This document shows, piece after piece, positions 1 to 15,098 of a DNA stretch of 64,000 nucleotides. The stretch's first letter is position 1. Each line of letters begins with the position of its first letter. The notes below the pieces were generated by a model. It was given only the letters and a program-made list of their open reading frames with translations. It did no database searches and had not been told where the DNA came from. The position numbers and the translations under genes are program-made. The DNA comes from Polyangiaceae bacterium (lineage in GTDB: Bacteria > Myxococcota_A > Polyangia > Polyangiales > Polyangiaceae): the NCBI GenBank assembly GCA_016715885.1, contig JADJXL010000022.1, positions 75,588-139,587 of the forward strand, in the 5' to 3' direction.

Positions 1-1
1 T

Positions 2-2440
2 CACGCGACGCACTACGGGCGTATCTGCCCGATCGAGACGCCGGAAGGGCCGAACATCGGTCTCATTGCGTCGCTTTCGACATACGCACGGGTCAACGAG
101 TTCGGGTTTGTCGAGACGCCCTATCGTCGCGTCGCGGATGGTCGAGTCACCGATGAAGTGACTTGGCTGAGCGCGCTCGAGGAAGAAGGCAAGTACATCG
201 CGCAGGCAACTGCGGGGCTCGACGATTCGCGCAAGTTCCGCGAGACCGTCGTGAGCGCTCGTCTCAACGGCGACTTCAAGATCGTGTCGGCGGACATGAT
301 CGAGCTCATGGACATTGCGCCGAACCAGATGGTCAGCGTTGCCGCGGCGCTCGTTCCGTTCCTCGAGCACGACGATGCCAACCGCGCGCTCATGGGCGCG
401 AACATGCAGCGTCAGGCCGTGCCGCTCATCAAGAGCGAAGCGCCGATCGTCGGCACGGGCATGGAAGCACGTCTCGCGCGTGACTCCGGCGTGTGCGTGG
501 TTGCGCGTCGGAAAGGCATCGTCGAGAGCGTCGATGCAACGCGCATCGTCGTGCGAGCTGCGGGTGAAGGTGCCGAGGTGCCGGACATCTATCACCTGAT
601 GAAGTACCAGCGTTCGAACCAATCGACCTGTTACACGCAGAAGCCGATTGTTCGGACAGGCGATGTCGTGAAGGCCGGTGACGTGCTCGCGGATGGCCCC
701 TCGACGGACATGGGCGAGCTCGCGCTCGGTCAGAACGTCCTCGTCGCCTTCATGCCGTGGCAAGGGTACAACTTCGAGGACTCGATTCTCGTATCCGAGC
801 GCATTGCGAAGGACGACGTGTTCACCTCGATCCACATCGAGGAATTCGAGTGCGTCGCGCGCGACACGAAGCTTGGCAAAGAAGAGATCACGCGCGACAT
901 CCCGAACGTCGGCGAAGAAGCGCTGAAGGATCTCGACGACTCCGGCATCGTTCGGATCGGCGCCGAGGTTCGTCCGGGCGACATCCTCGTCGGAAAGATC
1001 ACGCCCAAGGGCGAAACGCAGCTATCTCCCGAAGAGAAGCTTTTGCGTGCGATCTTCGGCGAAAAGGCCGGCGACGTGCGCGACAGCTCGCTGAAGGTTC
1101 CGCCGGGCGTCAGCGGCATCGTCATCAACGCTCGCGTGTTCTCGCGCAAGGGAACCGAAAAGGACGAACGAGCGCGGGACATCGAAGATCACGAGAAGAT
1201 GCGCATCGAGCGCACGCGTGATGAAGAGATCAAGATCCTGCGTGATTCGTTCTATCGGCGAGTCCGTGAGATCTTCATCGGCAGGACGACGAACGGCAAG
1301 CTCGTCGACGACAAGGGCAAGGTGCTGCTCCAGAAGGGCGACGTGATCAACGACGAGAATTTGTCGGAGATCCCGCGCAAGTACTGGGGCGAAGTTCCTG
1401 TCGAGGAGACCGAGCAGGTGCAGCAGATCCTGCGCGATCTCGAAGACCTCGTGCGCACGCGCGAAGAGCACTTCCGGGACAAGATCGAGCGCCTATCGAA
1501 GGGCGACGAACTTCCGCCGGGTGTGATCAAGATGGTGAAGGTCTACATCGCCATCAAGCGCAAGCTCCAGGTGGGCGACAAGATGGCCGGTCGTCACGGC
1601 AACAAGGGTGTCATCAGCCGGATTCTTCCGGAGGAAGACATGCCGTACCTGCAGGACGGTCGTCCCGTGGACATCGTGCTCAATCCGCTCGGTGTTCCGA
1701 GTCGTATGAACGTCGGCCAGATCCTCGAGATCCACCTTGGCTGGGGCGCATTCGAGCTCGGACGGCAACTTCAGCAGATGCTCGAGGAGCAGCGAGCGGT
1801 GCACGAGGTTCGCTCGAAGATCAACGCGATCTACGCGGGTGATGTCGAGAGCGAAGCGACAGTGGAGCAATTCAGCGATGAAGACGTCAAGCGAGCCGCC
1901 AAGAAGATCGGTCGCGGTGTCTTCGTTGCATCGCCCGTCTTCGACGGTGCAAGCGAAGCGGACATCAAGGGTGCCTTGTCGCTCGCGAGCGTTCCTCGAT
2001 CAGGTCAAGCGATCCTGTTCGATGGGCGCACGGGCGAGGCGTTCGATCAGAACGTCACGGTGGGCATCATGTACATGCTGAAGCTTCACCACCTCGTCGA
2101 CGACAAGATCCACGCGCGCTCGATCGGTCCGTACTCGCTCGTCACGCAGCAGCCGCTGGGTGGCAAGGCGCAGTTCGGTGGGCAGCGTCTCGGCGAGATG
2201 GAGGTGTGGGCGATGGAGGCTTACGGCGCGGCATACGCGCTGCAGGAGTTCCTCACTGTCAAGTCGGACGACGTCATGGGTCGTACGCGGATGTACGAGG
2301 CGATCGTCAAGGGCGAGTACACGTTGGAGGCGGGTTTGCCCGAGAGCTTCAACGTGCTCATCAAGGAATTGCAGTCGTTGTGTTTGAACGTCGAACTGGT
2401 CGAGACGGGCCTGGAAGCCTCGGCCGCGGAAGAGGAGTGA
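2..2440 (+). CDS. rpoB: DNA-directed RNA polymerase subunit beta, C-terminal ~813 codons (5' end lies outside the window)
   Basis: Reading from nt 2 gives [25 protein letters not shown]...[24 protein letters not shown], which are universally conserved RpoB motifs. The track ORF 158..2440 is the same frame starting at an internal Met. Confidence 0.97.
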   Translation, partial: HATHYGRICPIETPEGPNIGLIASLSTYARVNEFGFVETPYRRVADGRVTDEVTWLSALEEEGKYIAQATAGLDDSRKFRETVVSARLNGDFKIVSADMIELMDIAPNQMVSVAAALVPFLEHDDANRALMGANMQRQAVPLIKSEAPIVGTGMEARLARDSGVCVVARRKGIVESVDATRIVVRAAGEGAEVPDIYHLMKYQRSNQSTCYTQKPIVRTGDVVKAGDVLADGPSTDMGELALGQNVLVAFMPWQGYNFEDSILVSERIAKDDVFTSIHIEEFECVARDTKLGKEEITRDIPNVGEEALKDLDDSGIVRIGAEVRPGDILVGKITPKGETQLSPEEKLLRAIFGEKAGDVRDSSLKVPPGVSGIVINARVFSRKGTEKDERARDIEDHEKMRIERTRDEEIKILRDSFYRRVREIFIGRTTNGKLVDDKGKVLLQKGDVINDENLSEIPRKYWGEVPVEETEQVQQILRDLEDLVRTREEHFRDKIERLSKGDELPPGVIKMVKVYIAIKRKLQVGDKMAGRHGNKGVISRILPEEDMPYLQDGRPVDIVLNPLGVPSRMNVGQILEIHLGWGAFELGRQLQQMLEEQRAVHEVRSKINAIYAGDVESEATVEQFSDEDVKRAAKKIGRGVFVASPVFDGASEADIKGALSLASVPRSGQAILFDGRTGEAFDQNVTVGIMYMLKLHHLVDDKIHARSIGPYSLVTQQPLGGKAQFGGQRLGEMEVWAMEAYGAAYALQEFLTVKSDDVMGRTRMYEAIVKGEYTLEAGLPESFNVLIKELQSLCLNVELVETGLEASAAEEE

Positions 2441-2446
2441 TGCCGA

Positions 2447-6778
<4,332 letters not shown>

Positions 6779-6793
6779 TGCGAAATGGTCGTT

Positions 6794-6832
6794 GGGTAGG
6801 AACGTTGCTCCGTAGGCGTAACGTTTCTACCC
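6794..6832 (+). terminator. Putative rpoC terminator hairpin (13-bp stem GGGTAGGAACGTT/AACGTTTCTACCC, 13-nt loop), no T-tract
   Basis: A 13-bp stem with one mismatch sits 16 nt downstream of the rpoC stop. Intrinsic terminators in high-GC genomes often lack a U-run. Confidence 0.3.
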
Positions 6833-6991
6833 ACCCATTCATCGTGTCTCTCTCGGCTTCCTTCGCCGGACACTTGCCGGTAAAGCAATCTGATGGACCG
6901 ATCTGCCGTCTCGAGCAGCTTGTCTCCGCTCGACGACGACAGTCCCTAGCGCGCCTGATGCTACCGGATATGTACTATCTCTGAGTTCGCG

Positions 6992-9193
6992 ATGGCTTCT
7001 GTGCACGGCACCAACCAGCGCGTCGCTGATCGTCTTCTCGCCGAAGGTCGAATCACGGCGGAGGATCATCGACGCGTCGTCGCGCATGCAACCAAGCTGC
7101 GCGGTCGCATCGAGGATGCCTTCATCGAATTGGGCGTCATCACCGAGGGCGAGCTGCTGAAGTACATTGCCACGCTGCACAACACGCGCTTCGTCTCGAC
7201 CGAAAAACTCTCCAAAGCTGCCATCGATCAACGCGTGCTCGGCCGCGTCTCGCAGAAGACGGCGAAGATACACGAGGTTTTTCCCGTCCTGCTCGACGAG
7301 GCCAAATCCGTGCTGTCCGTCGTTACGGCGGATCCCGACAATCACGTCGCGCTCCACGAGGTAAAACTCGCAGCCGGCGTTCGCGAAGTGCGGGCGCTCG
7401 TCGCGCGCCCCGCCGCAGTGCACGCAGCGATCGCCCGTCACTACTTCAAGGACGCCGGCGCATTCGATGCACTTTTGCGCTCCGCGGTGATCGCACCTGT
7501 CACGGACTTCATCGACGTCGAAGGGTTTGGCGGCGGCAGCGCGACGCCTCCACGTACGTCCGGCGCTCCGGCGACTCCACGGCAGGGACTGCCGCCACCA
7601 CCGCCACCGCGGCCAGTCTTGCCTACGTTGTCCTCGCCGAACGGTCACGCCGCGCGCGAACATACCCAGCCCTCGGCAGGCTCGTCGGCTCAGTCGGGTT
7701 CCACGCAGATTTCGCCGCTGTCGCAGGTGGCAGGGCACACGCAGCCTTCACCTGTTTCTCAACTACGCGCAGATCAGACGCAGAATTCGGCCACCTCCGA
7801 CCCCAAGCAGGCTTCACCTCAAGCAGCCGCTCTCGCCATGGCCGTTGCTGCCGGCGCGCCGCCGCATGTACCGACGTCCATCCTCGAAGCGCCGGAATAC
7901 CTCGAGACCCTCAACGTGCTCGTGAGTTTGCTCGAGGTGAATCGACAAGATCTGCGAGGTCACTCGGCAACCGTCGCGCGTCTTTGTCGACGTGCGTGTG
8001 AACGTCTCGGGCTTGCGCCCCCGCACATCTCGGCGTTTGCCATCGCCGCATACCTGCACGACCTCGGCAAGATGGGCGCTTATCACCTCACCGCGCTCAA
8101 CGTCGCCGAATACGACGGACACCGACTTTCCGGCATCAAAGCCGTTGCGTTGCCCGTCGAGTTCATGAGCTCCGTCAACTTGCCCGTCGAGACCATCGCG
8201 GCGCTCTCGTCGATGTACGAGCGTTACGACGGAACGGGTTTTCCGCAGGCGTTGGCTGGCAAAGAGATCCCCCTCGGAGCGCGCATTCTTGCCGTTGCAG
8301 ACACCTACGCCGATCTCACGCAGAACCCTCGAAATCCCTTTCGCAAAGTCCTCAAGCCGACCGAGGCGTGCGAAGTGCTCGCAGGCTACCGCGGCACCAT
8401 TTTCGACCCGACCATCGTCGATCTCTTCCGAAGCGAAGCGACCGGAGACGACATGCGAGCTCGTCTCCTCTCGGCAAAGCACGTCGTTCTCGTCGTCGAT
8501 CCTGGCGTCGAAGAAACGGCATTCCTCGAAAATAGACTCAACGAACAGGGCTTCGAGGTTCGCATGGCGAGGACATTTGCCGTCGCTTGGCGCGAGCTTC
8601 AAACGGGCGACATCACCGCGGTCGTCAGCGAAATCGACCTCGACGAGACCGAAGGTGGGTTCAGGTTGCGTGGCGATGCGCAGAAGGAACCTTGGGGGCG
8701 TGCGCTCACGTGGGTGATTCTCACGCGCAAAGGCGATCGACACAGCGCGCAGCGAGCCTTCGATCTCGGCGTCGACGACTTCGTCTCCAAGTCCACGTCG
8801 ATGGACATTTTTGCCGCCAAGTTGCGACAGCTCATCGAGCGCCGGTCCGAGCGTAGTGGCAGCCGGGGCGTGTCCGGATCACTTGCCGAAATGAGCTTGC
8901 CCGAGATGGTTCAGGTGCTTTGGCACGGGCGAAAAACAGGCGCTTTGCGCATCCTCACGCCGCCCGGCAGCAAGGGCGAGATTCACTTTGCCGAGGGGCA
9001 AATCGTGCACGCGAGCTGGGATCAGCTCGTGGGCGAGGAAGCGTTCTATCGCATGATCACGTTGCGTGAAGGCGAGTTCCGACTCGAGTCCGGCGTCGAG
9101 CTTGCTACGCGCACGATCACGATTTCGCCCGAAGCGCTCCTCTTGGAAGGCATGCGCCTGCTCGACGAAGGACGCGCGGCCGCGAGCTCGTAA
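6992..9193 (+). CDS. Multidomain c-di-GMP-type signalling protein: MshEN/GspE-N-like N-terminus, Pro/Ser/Gln-rich linker, HD-GYP-like HD domain (variant DGTGFP), pseudo-receiver-like region, C-terminal DUF4388
   Basis: N-terminus VADRLLAEGRITAEDHRRVVAHA...IELGVITEGELLKYIATLH resembles the MshEN fold. HD motif AAYLHDLGK and MYERYDGTGFPQ point to HD-GYP-like. C-terminus LAEMSLPEMVQVLWHGRKTGALRI..IHFAEGQIVHASWD..GEEAFYRMITLREGEFRLE is DUF4388-like. Confidence 0.75.
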   Translation: MASVHGTNQRVADRLLAEGRITAEDHRRVVAHATKLRGRIEDAFIELGVITEGELLKYIATLHNTRFVSTEKLSKAAIDQRVLGRVSQKTAKIHEVFPVLLDEAKSVLSVVTADPDNHVALHEVKLAAGVREVRALVARPAAVHAAIARHYFKDAGAFDALLRSAVIAPVTDFIDVEGFGGGSATPPRTSGAPATPRQGLPPPPPPRPVLPTLSSPNGHAAREHTQPSAGSSAQSGSTQISPLSQVAGHTQPSPVSQLRADQTQNSATSDPKQASPQAAALAMAVAAGAPPHVPTSILEAPEYLETLNVLVSLLEVNRQDLRGHSATVARLCRRACERLGLAPPHISAFAIAAYLHDLGKMGAYHLTALNVAEYDGHRLSGIKAVALPVEFMSSVNLPVETIAALSSMYERYDGTGFPQALAGKEIPLGARILAVADTYADLTQNPRNPFRKVLKPTEACEVLAGYRGTIFDPTIVDLFRSEATGDDMRARLLSAKHVVLVVDPGVEETAFLENRLNEQGFEVRMARTFAVAWRELQTGDITAVVSEIDLDETEGGFRLRGDAQKEPWGRALTWVILTRKGDRHSAQRAFDLGVDDFVSKSTSMDIFAAKLRQLIERRSERSGSRGVSGSLAEMSLPEMVQVLWHGRKTGALRILTPPGSKGEIHFAEGQIVHASWDQLVGEEAFYRMITLREGEFRLESGVELATRTITISPEALLLEGMRLLDEGRAAASS

Positions 9194-9283
9194 ACAAGCT
9201 GCCTTTCCGGCTTCTCCGCTCGTTTCCTGTACAATTCGAGCGTGCGCACTCATGCGCGCCGCACCTCTTTTGGAGAAACCACC

Positions 9284-10672
9284 ATGAAGCTCTCCAGCTT
9301 GCTTATGTGCTTGTTGCCGCTCGTCGCGGCGCCCGCGTTCGTCACGACAGACGCTCGGGCCTGTGGCGGATGCCTCGTCTCGGAGACCGAAACGACGCAG
9401 GTCACGAGTCACCGCATGATCCTTTCGGTTTCGAAAGATCGAACGGTCCTTTGGGATCAAATTACGTACTCCGGTGAACCCGAATCGTTTGCGTGGGTTT
9501 TGCCCATCAAGGGCACCGTCGACGTAGGTCTCTCCTCCGACGCGATGTTTGCATCGCTCGAACAAGCCACATCCGTCACCGTGAGCTCACCCGTCATCAA
9601 CTGCTTGCCGCCTGAATGTGCCTTCGGTCCTCCCAATGCCGACGGTAGTGGCGCGAGCAGTTCCGCCGGTGGCGGTGGTGGCGTCACCGTCATCGCAGAA
9701 GAAGTGGTTGGTCCTTATGCAACCGTCCAGCTTTCGTCCCAGGATCCAAACGCTCTCAAGACTTGGCTCCTCGGAAACGGCTACAACCTGCCTCTGGACA
9801 TTTCGCCCATCGTCGATGCGTACGTGAAGGAAGGATTCAACTTCCTCGCGTTGAAGCTCGTGCCTGGCGTTGGCATCAATTCGATGCGTCCCGTTCGCGT
9901 CACCTCGGCAGGAGCAACGCCTGTTTTGCCGCTGCGCATGGTTGCTGCAGGTACGGGACAAACCACACCCATCACGCTTTGGGTCATGGGCGAAGGACGT
10001 TACGAACCCTCGAACTTCGACAGCTTCACGATCGACGCTGAGAAACTCGTGTGGAACTGGGACACGTCTTCGAGCAACTACGCGCAGATCAAGCAAGACG
10101 AGTTTGCTGCTTCCGGCGGCAAGTCGTGGCTCGTCGAAGCGGCCGAGCAGTTTTCTCGTTACTGGCTCGAAGAGGGCCTGCGATGGGCGGCCGAGTTCGA
10201 TCCGAAAAACAGCGGCTACGGTGGTGATCCCATGGGTCCGTCGGCGCTCGAGGAATGCAACGCGGATCTCGATGCGCTCTTCGGAGGCATTCCGGACAAT
10301 ACGCTTTGGGTCACGCGCCTTCATGCCGAGCTGTCTCGCGCAGCGCTCGTTACGGACTTGAACCTTCAAGCGTCTGCAAACCAAATCCCCGTCAATCGGT
10401 GGCTTCAAGTGACCAACTCGGTGGGAACCCCACCCGCATGTCCGCCTCCTCCGGACTGGTGCACGAATCCAGGAGGCGTGCCGCCTGTCGATACGAATCC
10501 GTGGGACAATCATTTTGGCAGTGGCAATGGCAGCACGTCGCAAGCTTCCGCGAGCTGCGCGATTGCGACCGAATCCAGCGTGCCTGCGGCCGTTGCGCTC
10601 ATGAGCAGCGCGCTCGTTCTGTCGTTTGCACGCAAGCGTTCTCGGCGTTCACGCGTCGCGCGTTCTTCCTGA
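9284..10672 (+). CDS. Secreted conserved hypothetical protein (N-terminal ACGGC motif, possibly DUF2330-like) with a MYXO-CTERM-like sorting tail; paralogue of 37760..38956
   Basis: ATG at 9284 with GGAG upstream (the track ORF begins at a GTG at 9242). Signal peptide MKLSSLLMCLLPLVAAPAFV. C-terminus ...SCAIATESSVPAAVALMSSALVLSFARKRSRRSR has Cys, a hydrophobic helix and an Arg cluster. The N-terminal ~175 aa align with the 37760 ORF (ACGGCxxxET...TGHRMxxSIS...TVLWDQxxYSGxPxxFAWVLPxK). Confidence 0.7.
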   Translation: MKLSSLLMCLLPLVAAPAFVTTDARACGGCLVSETETTQVTSHRMILSVSKDRTVLWDQITYSGEPESFAWVLPIKGTVDVGLSSDAMFASLEQATSVTVSSPVINCLPPECAFGPPNADGSGASSSAGGGGGVTVIAEEVVGPYATVQLSSQDPNALKTWLLGNGYNLPLDISPIVDAYVKEGFNFLALKLVPGVGINSMRPVRVTSAGATPVLPLRMVAAGTGQTTPITLWVMGEGRYEPSNFDSFTIDAEKLVWNWDTSSSNYAQIKQDEFAASGGKSWLVEAAEQFSRYWLEEGLRWAAEFDPKNSGYGGDPMGPSALEECNADLDALFGGIPDNTLWVTRLHAELSRAALVTDLNLQASANQIPVNRWLQVTNSVGTPPACPPPPDWCTNPGGVPPVDTNPWDNHFGSGNGSTSQASASCAIATESSVPAAVALMSSALVLSFARKRSRRSRVARSS

Positions 10673-10783
10673 CCGCGCACTTCTTCCATCCCCGCACGCG
10701 CTGTCTTGCCGTTCTCCGATGCGTGCTCTAGCCTCATCAGCGAGGCGTGGACCGCGCTTTGCGGCCGCGACCCGGAGGAATGC

Positions 10784-11713
10784 ATGTACGGTCCCAAAGG
10801 TCAGGGAAGTGCTGGGCGTTCGGGTGGACTGCCCAAAAAAGTCACGGTACCGGAGATTCGCGCGCGCAAAGGGGGTTTGCCCCTGGCGATGGTCACCGCG
10901 TACGACTTCACCATGGCGAGGCTGCTCGATGCCGGAGGCGTCGACATGCTCCTCGTCGGCGATTCGCTCGGCATGGTCATTCAAGGCCATCCGACGACGT
11001 TGCCCGTCACGGTCGAAGACATCTGTTATCACGGGCGCGCGGTTGCTCGCGGCGCACGCAGAGCGCATGTCGTCGGCGACATGCCCTTCATGAGCTTTCA
11101 GGTTTCACCTGTCCAAGCGCTCGAAAATGCAGGCCGCATGATGAAGGACGGCGCATTCGAAAGCATCAAGCTCGAGGGTGGCGAAGAAGTCGCCGAGCAT
11201 GTGCGACGCATCGTCGCGGCAGGCATTCCCGTGATGGGACACGTGGGCCTCACGCCGCAATCGGTGCATGCGATGGGCGGTTTCAAGGTGCAGGGCAAAG
11301 GCGAGCACAATGCCGCACGTCTCCTGCGTGATGCCCGAGCGCTCGATGAAGCGGGCGTTTACGCCATCGTGCTCGAAGCGATTCCTCCGGACCTGGCGGA
11401 AGAAGTGACGGCATCCGTTTCAGTACCAACGATTGGCATTGGAGCAGGAGCCGGTTGTGATGGTCAGGTGCTCGTTTGTTACGACATGCTCGGCATGTTC
11501 CCGGATCTCGAGCCCAAGTTTGCCAAGAGGTTTGCCCAGGTAGGCGAACAGATTGTCCAGGCCACGCAGCTCTATGTCGGCGAAGTTCAGGAGCGGTCGT
11601 TTCCCGCGCCAGAGCACACCTTCAAGCCGAACGATCCGCGAAGGGCGCCGCGTCCGGTCCAGCCACCGCCCGAGCCGCTGGAAGAGATCCCGCCTCATTG
11701 GCAGACGCATTGA
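10784..11713 (+). CDS. panB: 3-methyl-2-oxobutanoate hydroxymethyltransferase (ketopantoate hydroxymethyltransferase)
   Basis: [38 protein letters not shown]...GDMPFMSF...IKLEGG...[14 protein letters not shown]...GGFKVQGK are canonical PanB motifs. Start chosen at Met 10784; the track ORF begins at 10706. Confidence 0.9.
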   Translation: MYGPKGQGSAGRSGGLPKKVTVPEIRARKGGLPLAMVTAYDFTMARLLDAGGVDMLLVGDSLGMVIQGHPTTLPVTVEDICYHGRAVARGARRAHVVGDMPFMSFQVSPVQALENAGRMMKDGAFESIKLEGGEEVAEHVRRIVAAGIPVMGHVGLTPQSVHAMGGFKVQGKGEHNAARLLRDARALDEAGVYAIVLEAIPPDLAEEVTASVSVPTIGIGAGAGCDGQVLVCYDMLGMFPDLEPKFAKRFAQVGEQIVQATQLYVGEVQERSFPAPEHTFKPNDPRRAPRPVQPPPEPLEEIPPHWQTH

Positions 11714-11814
11714 TTGGCGTCACACGTAAGCGTTGGTACGTTGTGCGCAATGGGGATTCACATCGGGCCGCGGTCGTGCTCACGTCCGGCGTCAGCCTGA
11801 TCAATTGACCACCC

Positions 11815-12846
11815 TCATTCCTCTTCTTCTTCCTCCTCTTCTTCCGCTTGTTCTTCCTCCTGTACCTTGAAGTACGGTGCGATGGCTTGTTGCCATGAAG
11901 GACGCCCCGCGTAGGCTTTTTCGTAGGCCGCTTTTAATGCCTGCATCGATTGTGGCTGCGCTTGGGCCGTAAACTGATTGATCGCGCTGCTCAGCGCATC
12001 ATACGCATCACGCCGCACAATCACCGTGGGTGCCGTATCCGTGGTACCGACCCCGCTGCGCTTGATGATGTCATCACCTATGAGCTTGAGCAATTTCCAA
12101 TTCGGCGGGTTTGCGCGCTCCACGAATTTTCGCTGGACGTTGTATGGCGCGACGACTTGTCGGTGGGTCATTGCATCCGTAATGGTCTCTTTGAAGTGAT
12201 CAAAGAGCATTTTGGCCGCTTCGACACTCAAATCGCTGGATGTGAGTGGCTTCATGCGCTTGCTCGACTTGATGGCTTTGTACAGTCGCGCGACGAGCTT
12301 TTTCGATTGTTTCCCTTCCATACCGCTCGAGCTGGGGAACTGTTCGGCCGCCTTGCAGAAACGCTCGACCCACTGCGACATTGCCGAACCCGCTCCCAAT
12401 CGCGGAGGTGGAGCGGTCAAGGGCGCGGGTGGTGCGGCGGGCGCGGCGGCTGCCGCGGCCGGTGGTCGCGTGTCACCCGGACACCTCAAGTCGTTAAAAG
12501 GACTCGGAAACCGATCGACGACCGTCTTATTGGCCCGCGGATCGAACACATACACCCACTTCGTCCCCGCCTTTTGAACCTCGTGCTCGACATTGCTCTC
12601 AATGAGCCCCCCACTGTCGTTGAAGCCCCATTTGTGCAGGCCATCTCGAGGGCGCACGCACGCGCCCATTTCTTGCCGCCCCATGGGTATCTTCATCGGC
12701 TCGGGCTTCTTCTTGGCCGGCGCCGCTTTCTTGGGAGCCGTTTTACCCGGGACGTTCCGTTTGCCTTGACCATACACCTCGCCCGCCTGAACGTGCAAAA
12801 AACACGACGCCGCGAGGACCCAGAGATGTTTGGGACGAAGATGCAT
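11815..12846 (-). CDS. Secreted hypothetical protein, Ala/Pro-rich with poly-Glu C-terminus
   Basis: Signal peptide MHLRPKHLWVLAASCFLHVQA, an internal PPAAAAAAPAAPPAPLTAPPP stretch and terminal EEEQAEEEEEEEEE. Codon bias is consistent with coding. No family recognised. Confidence 0.55.
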   Translation of the reverse strand: MHLRPKHLWVLAASCFLHVQAGEVYGQGKRNVPGKTAPKKAAPAKKKPEPMKIPMGRQEMGACVRPRDGLHKWGFNDSGGLIESNVEHEVQKAGTKWVYVFDPRANKTVVDRFPSPFNDLRCPGDTRPPAAAAAAPAAPPAPLTAPPPRLGAGSAMSQWVERFCKAAEQFPSSSGMEGKQSKKLVARLYKAIKSSKRMKPLTSSDLSVEAAKMLFDHFKETITDAMTHRQVVAPYNVQRKFVERANPPNWKLLKLIGDDIIKRSGVGTTDTAPTVIVRRDAYDALSSAINQFTAQAQPQSMQALKAAYEKAYAGRPSWQQAIAPYFKVQEEEQAEEEEEEEEE

Positions 12847-13326
12847 GATTTGCGTTTGTCACGACGATTCCTCGTCGTCAAGCCACGTACGACTGCAGTG
12901 GTATGGTAGGGAAAAACCTGAGTGTAAAAAATTACATCAGAACCACCCCCCGAAGCCCGATCGCTTCCACGTGCTCGTTCACGGTAGCTGCTCGGCGTGA
13001 TCGATCCAATCGATTCCCGCCACGCATTGTTAGCGTATGTAAAACGCATTTGTGGATGACGAATTGCCGGCCGATGCCAATGGAAAATTTGAAAAATGGT
13101 ACAGATGAGTCAGTAAATGTCCATCCATGGGGTTAAATGCTTTCTTTCGCATCGCGCGGGTGGTAGCCTGTTTCTGCTGCGGGCGGTTCCGCAGCGTAGG
13201 TGATCGGTTTTCTGCTTTCTTTGCATGACGATCAAGTTCGAACACGCGCAGATCGCGCGCTGCGATTGCTTGGCTGAGGAAATCGATCGAATGAACATGG
13301 CTTACTCACGAGGAGGCACGGTTTTT

Positions 13327-15071
13327 ATGAACGTTGAAGCGCAAACCAAGCGCGGTGGATGGAAACGGCTTGTCGCTGCATTGGCAGTGGCAATCGGCAC
13401 CATGACGGTCGTCGGCTGCGGACCCGATTCGACCTCGAACAATACGACGGGCGCCAGTGGCGGCGCTGGTGGCGAGGGAGGAATGGCGGGCGGTGGGGGG
13501 CTCGGCGGGCGCCGGAGGCTCGGCGGGTGCCGGTGGTACGGCGGGAGCTGGCGGCGGTGGCGGATCCGCTGGCATGGCTGGCATGGGCGGCGGCGGCGCA
13601 GGTGGCGGCGGTCCCGTTTGCCCGCCAGGACAAACCGAATGCGATGGTAGCTGCACCATTACCACATTCGACCCCAACAACTGCGGCACGTGCGGCACCA
13701 AGTGCATGAACGGCGAAGTTTGCGCCAATGGAACGTGCGGCCTTTCATGCGTCGGCGGGACGTCGCAGTGTGATGGCAAGTGTGTGGACATCCAAATCGA
13801 TCCGCTCAATTGCGGTGCATGCGGGACCGCATGCGCGGTGGGTGAAGTGTGCACGGCCGGCAAATGCCAGCTCAACTGCGTCGGACAAACCACGAAATGC
13901 GGGAACCTCTGCGTGGACATCAAGACCGACGTCGCCAATTGCGGCGCGTGCGGAACCGTCTGTGCGCAGGGCGAGGTATGCTCGAATGGAACGTGCGGCT
14001 TGACGTGCGTCGGTGGAACGACGAAGTGCGGCACGTCCTGCGTCGACGTCGCCAATGACGGCTTGAACTGCGGCGCTTGCGGCACCGTGTGCGGCCCTGG
14101 CGAAGTGTGTTCCGGTGGCAAATGCGCGCTCAATTGCGCCGGCGGAACGACGAAGTGCGCCAATGCGTGTGTGGACACGAAAAATGACCCTGGCAACTGC
14201 GGCGCTTGCGGCATTGCTTGTCCCATGGGTCAAGTCTGCTCCAATGGCAACTGCGATACGCAATGCACCGGCGGAACGACGAAGTGCAATGGCGTCTGCG
14301 TCGACACGAAGCTCGATCCGAGCAACTGCGGCATGTGCGACACGGCCTGCGCCACCGGTGAAGTGTGCTCGAATGGCACGTGCGGTTCCACCTGCGGAAT
14401 GGGCCTGACCAAGTGCGGCACCGAATGCGTCGACACGCAATCCGACGAAGCCAACTGCGGCGCTTGCGGCAACGTTTGTCCCGCCAGCGTTGCATGCTTC
14501 AATGGCACGTGTGCCGCCGCCGGCATGCGATGCTGCAATGGATTGCGGTACCTGCCAGGGCTGCGCTTTCGATGGCGTTTGCTTGGACGAACTGCAAACC
14601 TGCGCCCTCAACGTCGAATGCGTCGACCTCGTCAACTGCATCAATGCGTGTCCTGCCAATGACCCCAACTGCCCGAACACGTGTGCGCAGATGTCACCCA
14701 ATGGCGTGAACGACTACATCGCCCTGACCGATTGCCTTTTCTGTCAGGAATGCACGGGGAGCTGCGGCGTCGACAAAATGGCGTATGGCTGTCCCGCAAG
14801 CTGCGACGGCGCCAACGATTGCGACACGTGCATCCAATGCTCCATCGGAGCTGGCGGATTGTGCGCCGACGACCTCGCAATCTGCTCGGCAAACCCCGAA
14901 TGCGTTGCCCTCTCGAATTGCTACGGTGCTTGCCCGGCCGGCGACCAGATGTGCAACGACATGTGCGCACAGATGCACGTCGCCGGCATCGCCGATTACA
15001 ACGCGCTCGCCATCTGCGCCGTTTGCCAAGAATGCAAAGGCGACTGCAATCAAGGCATGGCGTGCCCGTGA
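13327..15071 (+). CDS. Cys-rich tandem-repeat lipoprotein (Myxococcus-type disulfide repeat, about seven 42-aa units, plus a duplicated C-terminal Cys domain); two apparent frameshifts (~13500 and ~14520), so possibly a pseudogene or sequencing errors
   Basis: Lipoprotein signal MNVEAQTKRGGWKRLVAALAVAIGTMTVVGC in frame of track ORF 13225..13650. The repeats GEVCxNGTCGLxCVGGTTKCGxxCVDxxxDxxNCGACGxxC are in frame of ORF 13457..14662. The C-terminal ECVDLVNCINACPAxD...CAQM...DYxAL..C..CQEC x2 is in frame of ORF 14490..15071. The frame switches occur in G/GC-rich runs. Confidence 0.6.
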
Positions 15072-15098
15072 TGTAATGGCGTGTTCGTTGCGCCAACC

